A DNA stretch of 64,000 nt from Macrostomum lignano. Taxonomy: Eukaryota. Both the position numbers and the translations under genes were made by a program. Location of the stretch: positions 682,001-746,000 of the forward strand of contig NIVC01000073.1 in assembly GCA_002269645.1 (NCBI GenBank), written 5' to 3'. This document shows, one piece after another, positions 10,205-22,306 of this stretch. The notes under the pieces are model-generated. The model searched no databases. It worked only from the letters and a program-made list of their open reading frames with translations, and had not been told where the DNA came from. Position 1 is the first letter of the stretch. Each line of letters opens with the position of its first letter.

Positions 10205-11515
10205 GACTGCAAAGGCTGTAGCTCTCAGTGAAAGAAAAGGCTGTAGTCCCAGCGACAGTACAGGCTGTAGCCTGTAGTCTGTAGCCCCGGTGAAAGCAAA
10301 GGCTGTAGCTCTCAGTGAAATAAAAGGCTGTAGTCCCAGCGACAGTACAGGCTGTAGCCTGTAGTCTGTAGCCCCGGTGAAAGCAAAGGCTGTAGCTCTC
10401 AGTGAAATAAAAGGCTGTAGTCCCAGCGACAGTACAGGCTGTAGCCTGTAGTCTGTAGCCCCGGTGAAAGCAAAGGCTGTAGCTCTCAGTGAAATAAAAG
10501 GCTGTAGTCCCAGCGACAGTACAGGCTGTAGCCTGTAGTCTGTAGCCCCGGTGAAAGCAAAGGCTGTAGCTCTCAGTGACAGTACAGGTTGTAGCCTGTA
10601 GCCTGTAGCCCCGGTGAAAGCAAAGGCTGTAGCTCTCAGTGAAATAAAAGGCTGTAGTCCCAGCGACAGTACAGGCTGTAGCCTGTAGTCTGTAGCCCCG
10701 GTGAAAGCAAAGGCTGTAGCTCTCAGTGAAATAAAAGGCTGTAGTCCCAGCGACAGTACAGGCTGTAGCCTGTAGTCTGTAGCCCCGGTGAAAGCAAAGG
10801 CTGTAGCCCCCAGTGACAGCAAAGGCTGTAGCCCCCAGTGACAGCAAAGGCTGTAGCCCCCAGTGACAGCAAAGGCTGTAGCCCCAGTGACAGCAAAGGC
10901 TGTAGCCCCCAGTGACAGCAAAGGCTGTAGCCCCCAGTGACAGCAAAGGCTGTAGCCCCCAGTGACAGCAAAGGCTGTAGCCCCCAGTGACAGCAAAGGC
11001 TGTAGCCCCCAGTGACAGCAAAGGCTGTAGCCCCCAGTGACAGCAAAGGCTGTAGCCCCCAGTGACAGCAAAGGCTGTAGCCCCCAGTGACAGCAAAGGC
11101 TGTAGCCCCAGTGACAGCAAAGGCTGTAGCCCCCAGTGACAGCAAAGGCTGTAGCCCCTAGTGACAGCAAAGGCTGTAGCCCCCAGTGACAGCAAAGGCT
11201 GTAGCCCCCAGTGACAGCAAAGGCTGTAGCCCCCAGTGACAGCAAAGGCTGTAGCCCCAGTGACAGCAAAGGCTGTAGCCCCCAGTGACAGCAAAGGCTG
11301 TAGCCCCAGTGACAGCAAAGGCTGTAGCCCCCAGTGACAGCAAAGGCTGTAGCCCCAGTGACAGCAAAGGCTGTAGCCCCAGTGACAGCAAAGGCTGTAG
11401 CCCCCAGTGACAGCAAAGGCTGTAGCCCCCAGTGACAGCAAAGGCTGTAGCCCCCAGTGACAGCAAAGGCTGTAGCCCCCAGTGACAGCAAAGGCTGTAG
11501 CCCCCGGTGACAGCA
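10205..11515. repeat. Composite satellite: 87-bp higher-order unit grading into 24/25-bp monomer (GGCTGTAGCCCCCAGTGACAGCAAA)
   Basis: 87-bp period 10205-10800; 25-bp period 10800-11515. Confidence 0.9.
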
Positions 11516-11536
11516 CACTACCATTGATAATTGTAG

Positions 11537-11877
11537 GTTCCCCCTACACCGACCTGCTCTCCGAGGAGATTCTGCTGATGCAGCAGTCACAGCAGCTGGT
11601 CAGGCTAAAAATGGCCTACCTCCATCCGGCCAAGGCTGACCTCAGCTGCGCCAGCTCCGGTCATCGCAGCCAAGGAATGCTCGAGCTGTCCATCGAGCAC
11701 GTTGGCGGCGCTTTCCTAGCCCTGCTGACAGGATTAGCGGCTGCCGGCGCTGCTGGCGGGATTGAACTGCTGCTCATGAACTCGGCTGCGGATGGAGGCC
11801 GGCGAAGGCGGCTGCTAAGAGACATGGATCGCGGATTTCAGCCAAGGAGGAGGGTCAGCGGTGCCGAATCGCTTCGG
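11537..11877 (+). CDS. Second, paralogous iGluR S2-end + M4 exon (cassette 2)
   Basis: Same phase-1 acceptor (TTGTAG|GT TCC CCC TAC); GSPYTDLLSEEILLMQQSQQLVRLK...C...LSIEHVGGAFLALLTGLAAAGAAGGIEL; donor CGG|GTGAGA at 11877 (read-through stop at 11932-11934 if unspliced). Confidence 0.75.
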
Positions 11878-11989
11878 GTGAGATTGAATGGGAGGAAAGA
11901 TGATCAGTTGGTTGATGGTGCATACATTTTATGAGTAAAAGAGGAGAATACAGAAATATAGAGATAGCTTGAGTCATGGGAGTAAGAGA

Positions 11990-12229
11990 CAGACACGGAA
12001 AGATTAAAGAGACATAAAGAGAGGGATAAAAAAGACACGGAAAGATTAAAGAGACATAAAGAGAGGGATAAAAAAGACACGGAAAGATTAAAGAGACATA
12101 AAGAGAGGGATAAAAAAGACACGGAGAGATAAACGAGACATGGAGAGAAAGAGGAGAGACATGGAAAGAGATATGAGAGACATGGAGAGAGATAAGAGAG
12201 ACATGGAGAGAGAGAGATAACAGAGGCAT

Positions 12230-12321
<92 letters not shown>
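11990..12321. repeat. 42-bp x3 repeat plus (GA)n microsatellite
   Basis: 42-bp units from 11992; pure GA run ~12233-12321. Confidence 0.9.
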
Positions 12322-12325
<4 letters not shown>

Positions 12326-12556
12326 AAGACATGGCGAGAGAGATGAAAGACGTGGAGAGAGCCGCAGACAAAATAGAAGGAAAGAAGAGTGTGGAGCTGC
12401 TCTCAGGAAAAAGGTAATTAAAGTAAAGTCTTAATTATTGCGTAACTATTGGGAGATAGAGTTGGGAAAAAGATTTCAAAGTTCTCATGCTGGTGTTATA
12501 CACATAGGAATCTTGGAATTTCAACAAATCTCAATGTACTCGCAATCTCACGCTAG

Positions 12557-12760
12557 GAAGCGAGGCTGCTTAGCTCGACACAGTTGGTCTCTGAGGACCA
12601 AGTGCAGATTGACTCTGCAGATGCTGAGGCTGAGCCTTCCGCAGTGCTGCAGCATCCTAGCAACCCAAGTGATGGCGGAACAGGCGCGCAATATTGTCTA
12701 ATGGATCATTGTCGTAGATTTACACAAGTGAACTTTGAGTCCAAGCAGACTCTTGTCTGA
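12557..12760 (+). CDS. Putative C-tail exon of iGluR cassette 2
   Basis: Phase-0 acceptor CTCACGCTAG|, open 67 codons EARLLSSTQLVSEDQVQ...VNFESKQTLV-stop; phase fits the 11877 donor. Confidence 0.55.
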   Translation, partial: EARLLSSTQLVSEDQVQIDSADAEAEPSAVLQHPSNPSDGGTGAQYCLMDHCRRFTQVNFESKQTLV

Positions 12761-13099
12761 TTGGTTTCAACACCTGCTCACTCAACAGATGAACTAAATT
12801 AAATAGTTATGAGCTCACTTATGAGCTTATAAAAATCAGACAATGCAGACTAATTGACCTCATTTTTGCGTTCGTTCTCCGAACACAACGTTTTAATAAT
12901 ATTTTATTTAGATTCAAATAGGCTCGGTAATTCTTGAACCTAGAATTATTTTGATGGATTTGAGTTAGTTGTCGCGACTTTCGTGTATTTGCACTTGGGC
13001 TCCTGTCTCTGCTGGGTGTTCGTGTGTATTTTTGTATTCCTTGCTCTTTGTTCGTCCCTCTGCGTTCTGATTGGCTGTCTCTCTGTGCGCGTGTTAATT

Positions 13100-13630
13100 C
13101 TTTATCTCTCCACCCTGCGTCTTGGTCGCCCACCCCACTGCCAGCGCTCGCTTTTCTGTCCTTATTTTTACGTTTTCTCTCTCCAGCCTACTTGTTTATG
13201 TTTTTATCTGTCTGTCCCTTTTCCCTGCGCGCACTCTTATCTATTTTCTAACCCCCCTTTTTGCGGTCATAGTTTTAACATTAATTTACTCTTATCTCTC
13301 CACCCTGCCTCTTGGTCGCCCACCCCACTCGTTTCTCTGTCCTTATTTTTACGTTTTCTCTCTCCAGCCTAATTGCTCATGTTTTTATCTGTCTGTCCCT
13401 CTCTCCCCTGCGCGCACTCTTATCGATTTTCTAACCCCCCTTTTTGCGGTCATAGTTTTAATTTTAATTTAATCTTATCTCTCCACCCTGCCTCTTGGTC
13501 GCCCACCCCACTCGTTTTTCTGTCCTTATTTTTACGTTTTCTCTCTCCAGCCTAATTGTTCATGTTTTTATCTGTCTGTCCCTCTCTCCCCTGCGCGCAC
13601 TCTTATCGATTTTCTGACCCCCTTTTGCGC
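13100..13630. repeat. ~187-bp tandem repeat, about 3 copies
   Basis: TTATCTCTCCACCCTGC.TCTTGGTCGCCCACCCCAC recurs near 13102, 13292, 13476. Confidence 0.8.
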
Positions 13631-14127
13631 TCATATAGTTTTAATATATACGAGTTTTAAGTTTTAAGGGCTGTGCCCCCATGTATTCCTGCGAAATCGT
13701 TTGCTCTCGCCAGTTCAACAAAAATGTCTTCTCAGTATAGTATGCGTTGCTAAGGTCTAAACTAACAATACAAGCTCAGTTCAGTGCGAAAAGATCTTCT
13801 AAACTTCAGCTGCTAACGTTGCTACCGTTTTACAATATTAGAATAAATCTCTGTTTAACGAAAGCAGTAAAAGCATTCAGAAATGATGAATAGCGTGCAA
13901 TGAACTCCAGGAAGTGAAGCAGTGCACAAGCGGAAGCACACAATAGCTCCCATTGTTAGATGCAGCCACATCACTATGCAATACTGTTTCGCACTATATA
14001 TACGGTTCTCAGTTCTCATAGGCAGTTCACAAGCAGCCTGTCTCAGTCCTAAGTCTATTGTAGCACTTCTATAATATAATATACTGAGCTTCAGTGAGTA
14101 GGCTAGTCTCAAGCTCCTCATAGCAAC

Positions 14128-17025
14128 ATGCTCGCCACGGCCGAGATGGATCAGGAACGGCTCAACTTGGTGAACCGCTTGGCGGAGGAGGCCGTACGGA
14201 TGCGTCTGCTGGTGCTGAGCCTACGCGACGAGGAGATCGCTTTGCTGGAAAATGACTCAAAGATGCTGGACGAAGTGATGGAGAAGATCAAAGCGAATAA
14301 AAAGAAGAATTATCTGCAGAATGTCAAGTACAAGTCGAGTAAGACGTCTTGCTAATGAATTGTGTGTCAAATACTGAACCTTAGAATGGTACGATTAGGA
14401 CTTCAGATTTCAGAATTAAGAAGTAAGGAGGATGATAAAAAGAAAATTATGAATTCTCAACTGAGGGCTTAGGAATCGGTGATCAGGGATCGGGTATCAG
14501 GAATCGAGAATCAAAAATCACTAATTGGGAATCGGAAATCGAGAATCAAAAATCACTAATTGGGAATCGGGAAACGGGAGTCACATATTGGGAATCGGGA
14601 ATCAGGAATCAGGAATCGAGAATCACTAATTGGGAATTGGGAATCAGGAATCGAGAATCACTAATTGGGAATCGAGAATCACTAATTGGGAATCGGGAAT
14701 CAGGAATCGAGAATCACTAATTGGGAATCGGGAATCAGGAATCGAGAATCACTAATTGGGAATCGGAAAACGAGAATCACTAATTGGGAATCGGGAATCG
14801 GGAATCACTAATTGGGAATCGGAAAACGAGAATCACTAATTGGGAATCGGGAATCGGGAATCGAGAATCACTAATTGGGAATCGGGAATCAGGAATCGAG
14901 AATCACTAATTGGGAATCGGGAGTCAAGGATCGGAGATAACGAATCCTTGATTAGGAATAAAATATCAACGATATTCTTTAAACGGTCTCAACCGCACGC
15001 GCGACAGAGAAGGCGCGCGAAGAGTTTGAGGAGCGGCAGCTCCGGTGGCGCCAGCGCGACGCCTCGGAGCCCGACTGGCGGCTGGAGCTGCCGCCGCGAC
15101 AACCGCAGATTCGATTGAACATGCGGCTGCTCTGGCCGGGACAAAAGTGCATCGGGCACTATAGGCAGCTTTATAGGCAGCTGATTCGAAGGCCGGAATC
15201 CAGATTGGGCGAGAAGTGCATCCAGGTAAGACGGAAGTTCAAAAGTCTGTATAAGGACTTTTACAAACTCTGAGCTTAATATTGCCGGACACAACTTCAC
15301 TATTGATAGAAACTATTGAGCTGACAAATTTTAATCTTTTGAAGGAATGAAGAGGTATCGCTTGCTTGTGAACCGCCCCTTAACGAACTCCATCTACATT
15401 TATACTTTTACACTTGCAAAGCACAATGTCACTCTCCACAGTTCTAAAAAATGCTAAATTAAATGCTATATTTAAATTCCTAAATTTAAAAGGCTCTCCG
15501 GGCCCGTTTCAACAACCGCTGTCAAGACGTCGACGGCGAACTGGATAAATCAGCGAGCGGAGTTGTGGACAGGGACGGCGTTTCAAGCCGAGAAGAGAGC
15601 TCGGACTTTCTGCAAGATCATAGGTACCTGTCTGACCTGAGCAAGGAGCTGTTTCAGACCAGCTCAAAGCAGCAGGTCTGCCACTGGCATGCCGATAGGC
15701 AACAATTAGTGCGAACTGAGATGCAGGTAATCTATATGTAATTAATTATATTTGTCATTCCTTATAAAAATAGAACAGGACAAGAGAACTGACAAGAGTT
15801 GTGTGAACTTCTACATGCGTGTCGAAAACAATGTGAGTTTTGAGCTCGCGATAAGTCAGGACTGGTTTTTAGGAGGGACTTCACTTCACTTGTGATTCCT
15901 GCAAGCTGAGACAGAGGGTTGGCGCCTTTCTATCCCTTTTCAGGCCAATCAGTGCGGCCGGCGGGACTGGCAGATTGGGGTGGTGGGGCTTGCCCAGCTA
16001 GACTGGGGGAAGGGAGAGAGAAAGAAAACTGCTCAGCCAATCAGCGAGCGCCGAGAGACATGACTTTTAAATATTGTCGATTTAACTTCGGTTGCGGACA
16101 CAATATCTGCGAGTTGACACACTTAATTTGTAATTTTATCTAATCCAACAAACAAAACCGAATCATTTCGTCAGGAACGGGCGGCGCACAGAATTCTCAG
16201 TCAGATTGCGGAAACTCGCGAATCAATCCAGCACTGGCCGTCCCTACCGCCGTCTGAACGAACTCGCCAGCTCCTCGACGACTGCCGGATAAAGCGACAA
16301 CGGCGAGAGACTGGGAAGTCTAACAGGTAAACAGAATTTATAACTCCTTTAATATTATGCTGCTTTAAATGGCAATTAGCTTCATTGTCTCACATTTTTA
16401 CAGATATTCAGAAATACTCCATGTATCTATGCGCGATTCAAACTTGGCAATGCAACAGCAGCGCCAACAAACCAACAAGCCACCTAGAAAACAGCACCTG
16501 AAGCAGTACAACCGTCAACTAGACCGATACCTGAAACCGCTGACCGAATCAAATAAGCGATCACTTTCTCCGTTGCCTGACGATGATACGGAAGTGTCAA
16601 AAGTACACCGTCATCCTAATAGTACCTCTGTAACTAGTGATATGAAAAAGAATGACGGCGGCGGCATCAAAGAGAATGACGGCGGCGACATAAAAAAGAA
16701 TGACGGCGGCGAGATCAAAGAGAATGACGGCGGCGAGATCAAAGAGAATAACGGCGGCGACTTCAAAGAGAATGACGGCGGTGAGATCAAAGAGAATAAA
16801 TTAGACGGCGAGATCGAAGAGAACGATGGCGGCGAGATCCAACAGAATGACAGTGGTAAGAAGAAACCGAATGACAGCGACGACGCTAAAGGTGATGACG
16901 AGAACGAGACTGCGGTGTGGCGCGAGGTGCTGAGCTGCAAGTACATCCGAGGCTACGAGCCACCGGAGGCACAGCTGCCAGATGAACAATCGGCCATTGA
17001 TTTTGTATTCGGCGGGGCGATTTGA
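14128..17025 (+). CDS. Unknown protein, 6 exons, ~496 aa
   Basis: Exons 14128-14338, 15008-15225, 15493-15726, 15779-15832, 16175-16326, 16404-17025; all GT-AG, phases 1/0/0/0/2 compatible, sum 1491 nt without internal stop; AATAAA at 17295. Exon-2 acceptor is weak. Confidence 0.65.
14480..14925. repeat. GGGAATC/GAGAATCACTAATT minisatellite
   Basis: Variable 21-33-bp units in intron 1 of the unknown gene. Confidence 0.85.
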
Positions 17026-17368
17026 ATGACATAATGACTGAAGAACTATTTTAAAAAGTCAAACTGAATGCTTAGAACCGAAGCATTAGCAAGTGCATCG
17101 AAGATATGACCAAATGTTGCTCTTACTTGTACATGTACGTGCAAAGAGACCTCTTCTGCAAGATAAGGACAGACTATAAGCTCGTGTACTGTAACTCATA
17201 GAGTAGACATAGAAAATCTCCAGAAGTAATGTGCAATCCGAACTCAAACAGCTACTGCTGATAAAATATTTTTTCGCATGTATCCTTAATCATAAATAAA
17301 AAGTAAGAAAAGTTTCAAACCGAATGAAAGTCGATGAGACCAGAAAAGGTTGAGCTAAGCGCTTTAAA

Positions 17369-20300
17369 ATGAGACTTAAAGCTTTCCTGGCATTGAGCCT
17401 CTGTTGCGCGATTGCCAGTGGCAAAGAAATTCGCGTTGAGACCGACTTGGCCGCTTACGTCGGCCTGTTGCTTCAAGGAGATGGCAGCGACAATGACACG
17501 ACTCGCGGCTTCTTCGGGGTGCCCTACGCCCAGCCTCCAACCGGTCAGCTCCGATTTGCGCCTCCGTTGCCATGGCAACCGCCGCGTAGCAACGAACCCG
17601 GCGCCAAGCCCGAGTTGATGGCCAACGCGTCGAAGCCGCGGTGCCTCCAGCTGGCAGCTGCTGGTTCGAGTCTGCGCATGTCCGAAGATTGCTTGTACTT
17701 GAACATCCAGACTCCGGTGCCCCATCAGGCCGACTCAAGCCGACCGGTGATTGCTTGGCTGCACTCCGGATTCCTGGAAACTGGCGGCATCTCCGAGCCT
17801 GAGGCGCCGCTTGGCCGCCAGTTGGTGGCGCGGCAGCGGCTGCTGCTGGTTGAGGTCGCCTTCCGGCTGGGAGTCCTCGGCTTCCTTAGGCCTCCCGGAA
17901 CCACCGGGGGCAACTGGGGACTGCTGGACCAGCAGATGGCGCTAAGCTGGGTGAGATGTTGGCTGGGTGAGATGCGGGTTGGGTGAGATGCGGATTGGGT
18001 GAGATGTGGGTTGGGTGAGATGCGGATTGGGTGAGATGCGGATTGGGTGAGATGCGGGCTGGTTGAGATGCGGGTTGGGTGAGATGCGGGCCGGGTGAGA
18101 TATCACACCAAGAGCGTAATCTTACTTTTCAGATTAGCTCTAACATTCGTGCCTTTGGAGGCGACGCCGGCAGCGTGACGCTGGCTGGCGCGAGTTACGG
18201 CGCCTCGGCGACGGGTCTCCATCTCTTCAGCGCCGGCAGCAGTCGACTCTTTCACAGGGCGCGTTGCTTGGCGGCTCGCCGCTGGCGCCGTGGCTTCTCG
18301 TCACCGACGACGCCGCTGCTTCCGCTATCGCGGACGACTTCACCGCCCGAGCCTCCTGCCGCCGCGCCAACGACTCGGAAACGCTCCGCTGTCTTCGGGA
18401 CGCCGGTGCTGACGCCCTAACAGCGCTGCAGCCGCCGGCCGACCGGCCGCTCGACGTCGCCGCCTTCCCGGTCGTCATTGACGGCCGCTTCATCACTGAC
18501 CGCCCGGCACCGGGCAGCCTCGCCACTCCGAAGCCTGTCGTCCTCGGAGTCGCCGAAAGCGACAGCGACTCGCTCGCCGTTCGCGCCATCGGACACCGAA
18601 ACGTTTCCGGCCTCGCCGGCCAGCTGTATCAGGACGTACTGGACGAGGCGTTTCGTTTCTTCCCCAGCTTCCCTCGCCGTCCCTCCGCCACGGGCCGCCG
18701 GCTTCTGTCCGGCCGCCTCACCGCCTTCCCAAGCGCCTCCGCTGCTCGGCTCAACAAGCAGCTGCTGGCTCGGGGCCTCGGCCTGTGGCATTCCGCGTGT
18801 CCGGTGAACCAACTGTCCGACTGGCTCTGCGGCGCATCTGCGCCCGTCTTCGTCTACCAGTTTGCCGAAGCTCCGCATCCCGGCGGCGACTCCACAGACG
18901 GCCTCGGCGAGGACGCGGCCTACTTCGCTGGCGAGCCGCTGGGCGACCAGAGGTGAAGCTCGCAAGAGTGCAAATCGAATGGGTGCATGGGTTTCTATGA
19001 GTGGAGTCCTATGGGTCTTATTATACCTTCTTGCTTCCTATTTGGTGTTTACTGCGTCAAATTTGGTGCGTTGCAAAGAGCCCAGCAGAGTTCATATAAC
19101 AAAAACAACAACAACAATTTACGCAACCCCGCATGCAAAGTCACAAAGCAGGGTGCGTCTGATGGCAGAGTAAACAGTCGGGCGCCCCGGGGTTGCATCG
19201 GAGGCAGTCCACGCATCGACGGGTTTGGGCCTGACCCCACCTGAATGGGCCCTGCAAGGTGAGCAGCAGGACGTCCTGAACAGGTTGGGGGCAGTAGCTC
19301 TCGGCCCAGATCACGTGGCCCGCCAGTTGAAGTCGCCGCCTGCGCAGGATGATGGACGGGCGCTGCAGCTTGGCCAGATTGCACAGGGCCTCGGTCCCGA
19401 CACTCTCGTCAGCTCGAAAGGCCGCATGGAGCAGCCCTGAGTGCGCCGAGTCCAACTGCTGCTCCAGCGTCCACGTCTCGGCGTTGTATAGCAGGACAGT
19501 ATATAAACCATAGACTAGTGTGCATTCACTGTCCTCTCTCTGTCCACCAGGCTGATTTCAGCGTATGGTCCTCTCTGCGCCATTCATTACTTTTACCATA
19601 CATGCCTTCCAGCTGTGGTCCGAATTGATCGCCTTTAAAATAAATTGATTTCTGTTGTCTATGGCTTTTCCTGGCTACGGTTTGTCTACGTAAAATTTTT
19701 GCCAGGCTCGACAACACGTCAGACTTCCAACGGGCCTCGCACCAATTTAAATGAACGAAACAACCGAATTCCACGCAGTTTTAAAGGTGTAGTTATATTT
19801 CGTCGTGTAGTCTCAACGGTATGAATCGGTGCGCCTGGCACTGCATAACTGTTGAATGCTACTCTTTACAGGTAGACAGAAATTGCTGAAATATATCGAT
19901 GAATACGAGCTATAATCAGTTTTGTTTTTACAATTTCGCAGGTACGACAGAGCGCAGCGCGAACTGTCAAGCCTCATGACGGCTGCCCTGGCCGAGTTCT
20001 GTCATGATGGCAGAATCAGCTCGTTTAACTGGCCGGCTGTGTCTCTGGCCGAGCTGCAGTTCCTCCGACTGTCCAGCACCACCGGTCAGGAGCTGTCCAT
20101 CGGCGGTCTGAACAGACAGGACTGCCAGTTCTGGCAGGACGAGCTGCCCTGGGTGAACTCCTTGGACACCGGCGCGGATGGCGGCACCACCGCCCAGACA
20201 AGCAGGCCGCCAGATCTGGAATCCGAGTTCTGGGCCAGGTGCAATTCAACGGTGAACACCATCAGCCTTGTTGCTCTGTCTGTGGCTGGAGGTCTTCTTC

Positions 20301-20557
20301 TGCTGCTCTGCCTATCGATGTGCTTCGCCTGCAGGCGTCGACCAAGACGGCCGCTTCAGGTGGACAATTTGCGACGAGGTGAAGCCGGTTCGAACACGGA
20401 ACTGCCTTCGCGGACAGCTGGAGGTCGAATTCTGGACGTCACTCGGCCGGGACGTCGACCAGACGGACGATTTCAAGCCGTTGAGGGAGCCGCAGCATCT
20501 GGCCAGCGCACCACGCCCGATGCCTCTCGGCCGGGACTTCGACCAAAGAGAAAATGA
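17369..20557 (+). CDS. Type-B carboxylesterase/cholinesterase-fold, type-I membrane protein (probable pseudo-enzyme)
   Basis: Exons 17369-17950, 18133-18952 (1-nt frameshift near 18262), 19942-20557. Signal peptide, FFGVPYAQPP, SEDCLYLNI, GNWGLLDQ, FGGD..VTLAGASYGA, TM ISLVALSVAGGLLLLLCLSMCFAC then RRRPRR. Confidence 0.85.
17951..18100. repeat. 16-bp repeat GGGTGAGATGCGGGTT
   Basis: About 9 units starting exactly at the exon-1 donor. Confidence 0.85.
19100..19500 (-). mobile_element. 5'-truncated RTE-like LINE fragment
   Basis: Minus frame TVLLYNAETWTL...RRRRLQLAGHV (post-RT region of RTE-type LINEs), (TTG)n tail near 19100-19118, candidate TSD ATATAA (19094-19099, 19501-19506). Confidence 0.75.
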
Positions 20558-20702
20558 TTGCATGGGGGTTTTTTCTGTCTGACAAAGAGACAAATCCTGG
20601 GAGTTTCCTATTTTAACAATTGGAATTTGGAAGTCAATACAACACATCCACATGCTCGTTGATTTGTAAATACGATCTGTTCTCAAATAGTTTAGTTGTC
20701 AC

Positions 20703-21365
<663 letters not shown>

Positions 21366-21519
21366 ATTTCAGCAAATCCAATGCGTCTCAATACAGCTCG
21401 CCATCGAAGGAGGCAAGTTTTTACGTCATCAAGGGACAGAGAGGCTGTCTGTCTGTTAGTTTGTCTGTCTGTAGTTAGTCTGTAGTTAGTCTGTCTGTTG
21501 TCTGTCTGTTGACAAATGA

Positions 21520-21840
21520 CACAACCCAGCTGGTTCGATTCCTTTGGGGCTTGTGCGCACGAAAACTGACCCTGGGGGGGGGGCACGGACTCTAAAGTAG
21601 AACGACAGTGAAGTAGTCCGTGCCTGGGGGTTGTCGTGCAATTCACAGCCATGGCCATGAGGGCCACCCCCCCCCCCCAGGCGCAGAGAGTGTACATACC
21701 TGACGGCTTAAAATGTCAGGGCCGCTGTACACCCTGTGTGAGCGTGTGTATGAGTGCGGGCATGTGTACAGTATTTGCGCGCTTGCATTGTGCTCAGGAG
21801 TCAGGGGAATGGGCAGAATTGCCTCTCACTGCTGTTTGTC
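21520..21840 (+). mobile_element. tRNA-derived SINE copy (A box missing)
   Basis: B box GGTTCGATTCC at 21532-21542; body homologous to 54917-55231. Confidence 0.6.
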
Positions 21841-21889
21841 GGACGATGTCGCCGATGACGTTGCGCCTTTAATGTAAACTATTAAAGTC

Positions 21890-22306
21890 CGCATCTCACC
21901 CAGCCTGCATCTCACCCAGCCCGCATCTCACCCAGCCTGCATCTCACCCAGCCCGCATCTCACCCAACCCACATCTCACCCAACCCGCATCTCACCCAAC
22001 CCGCATCTCACCCAACCCGCATCTCACCCAACCCGCATCTCACCCAACCCGCATCTCACCCAGCCCGCATCTCACCCAGCCTGCATCTCACCCAGCGCGC
22101 ATCTCACCCAGCCTGCATCTCACCCAGCCCGCATCTCACCCAACCCACATCTCACCCAACCCGCATCTCACCCAACCCGCATCTCAACCAACCCGCATCT
22201 CACCCAACCCGCATCTCACCCAGCCCGCATCTCACCCAGCCCGCATCTCACCCAGCCCGCATCTCACGCAACCCGCATCTCACCCAGCCCGCATCTCACC
22301 CAGCCC
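21890..22306. repeat. 16-bp repeat GCATCTCACCCA(A/G)CCC
   Basis: Reverse complement of the 17951-18100 unit. Confidence 0.92.
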
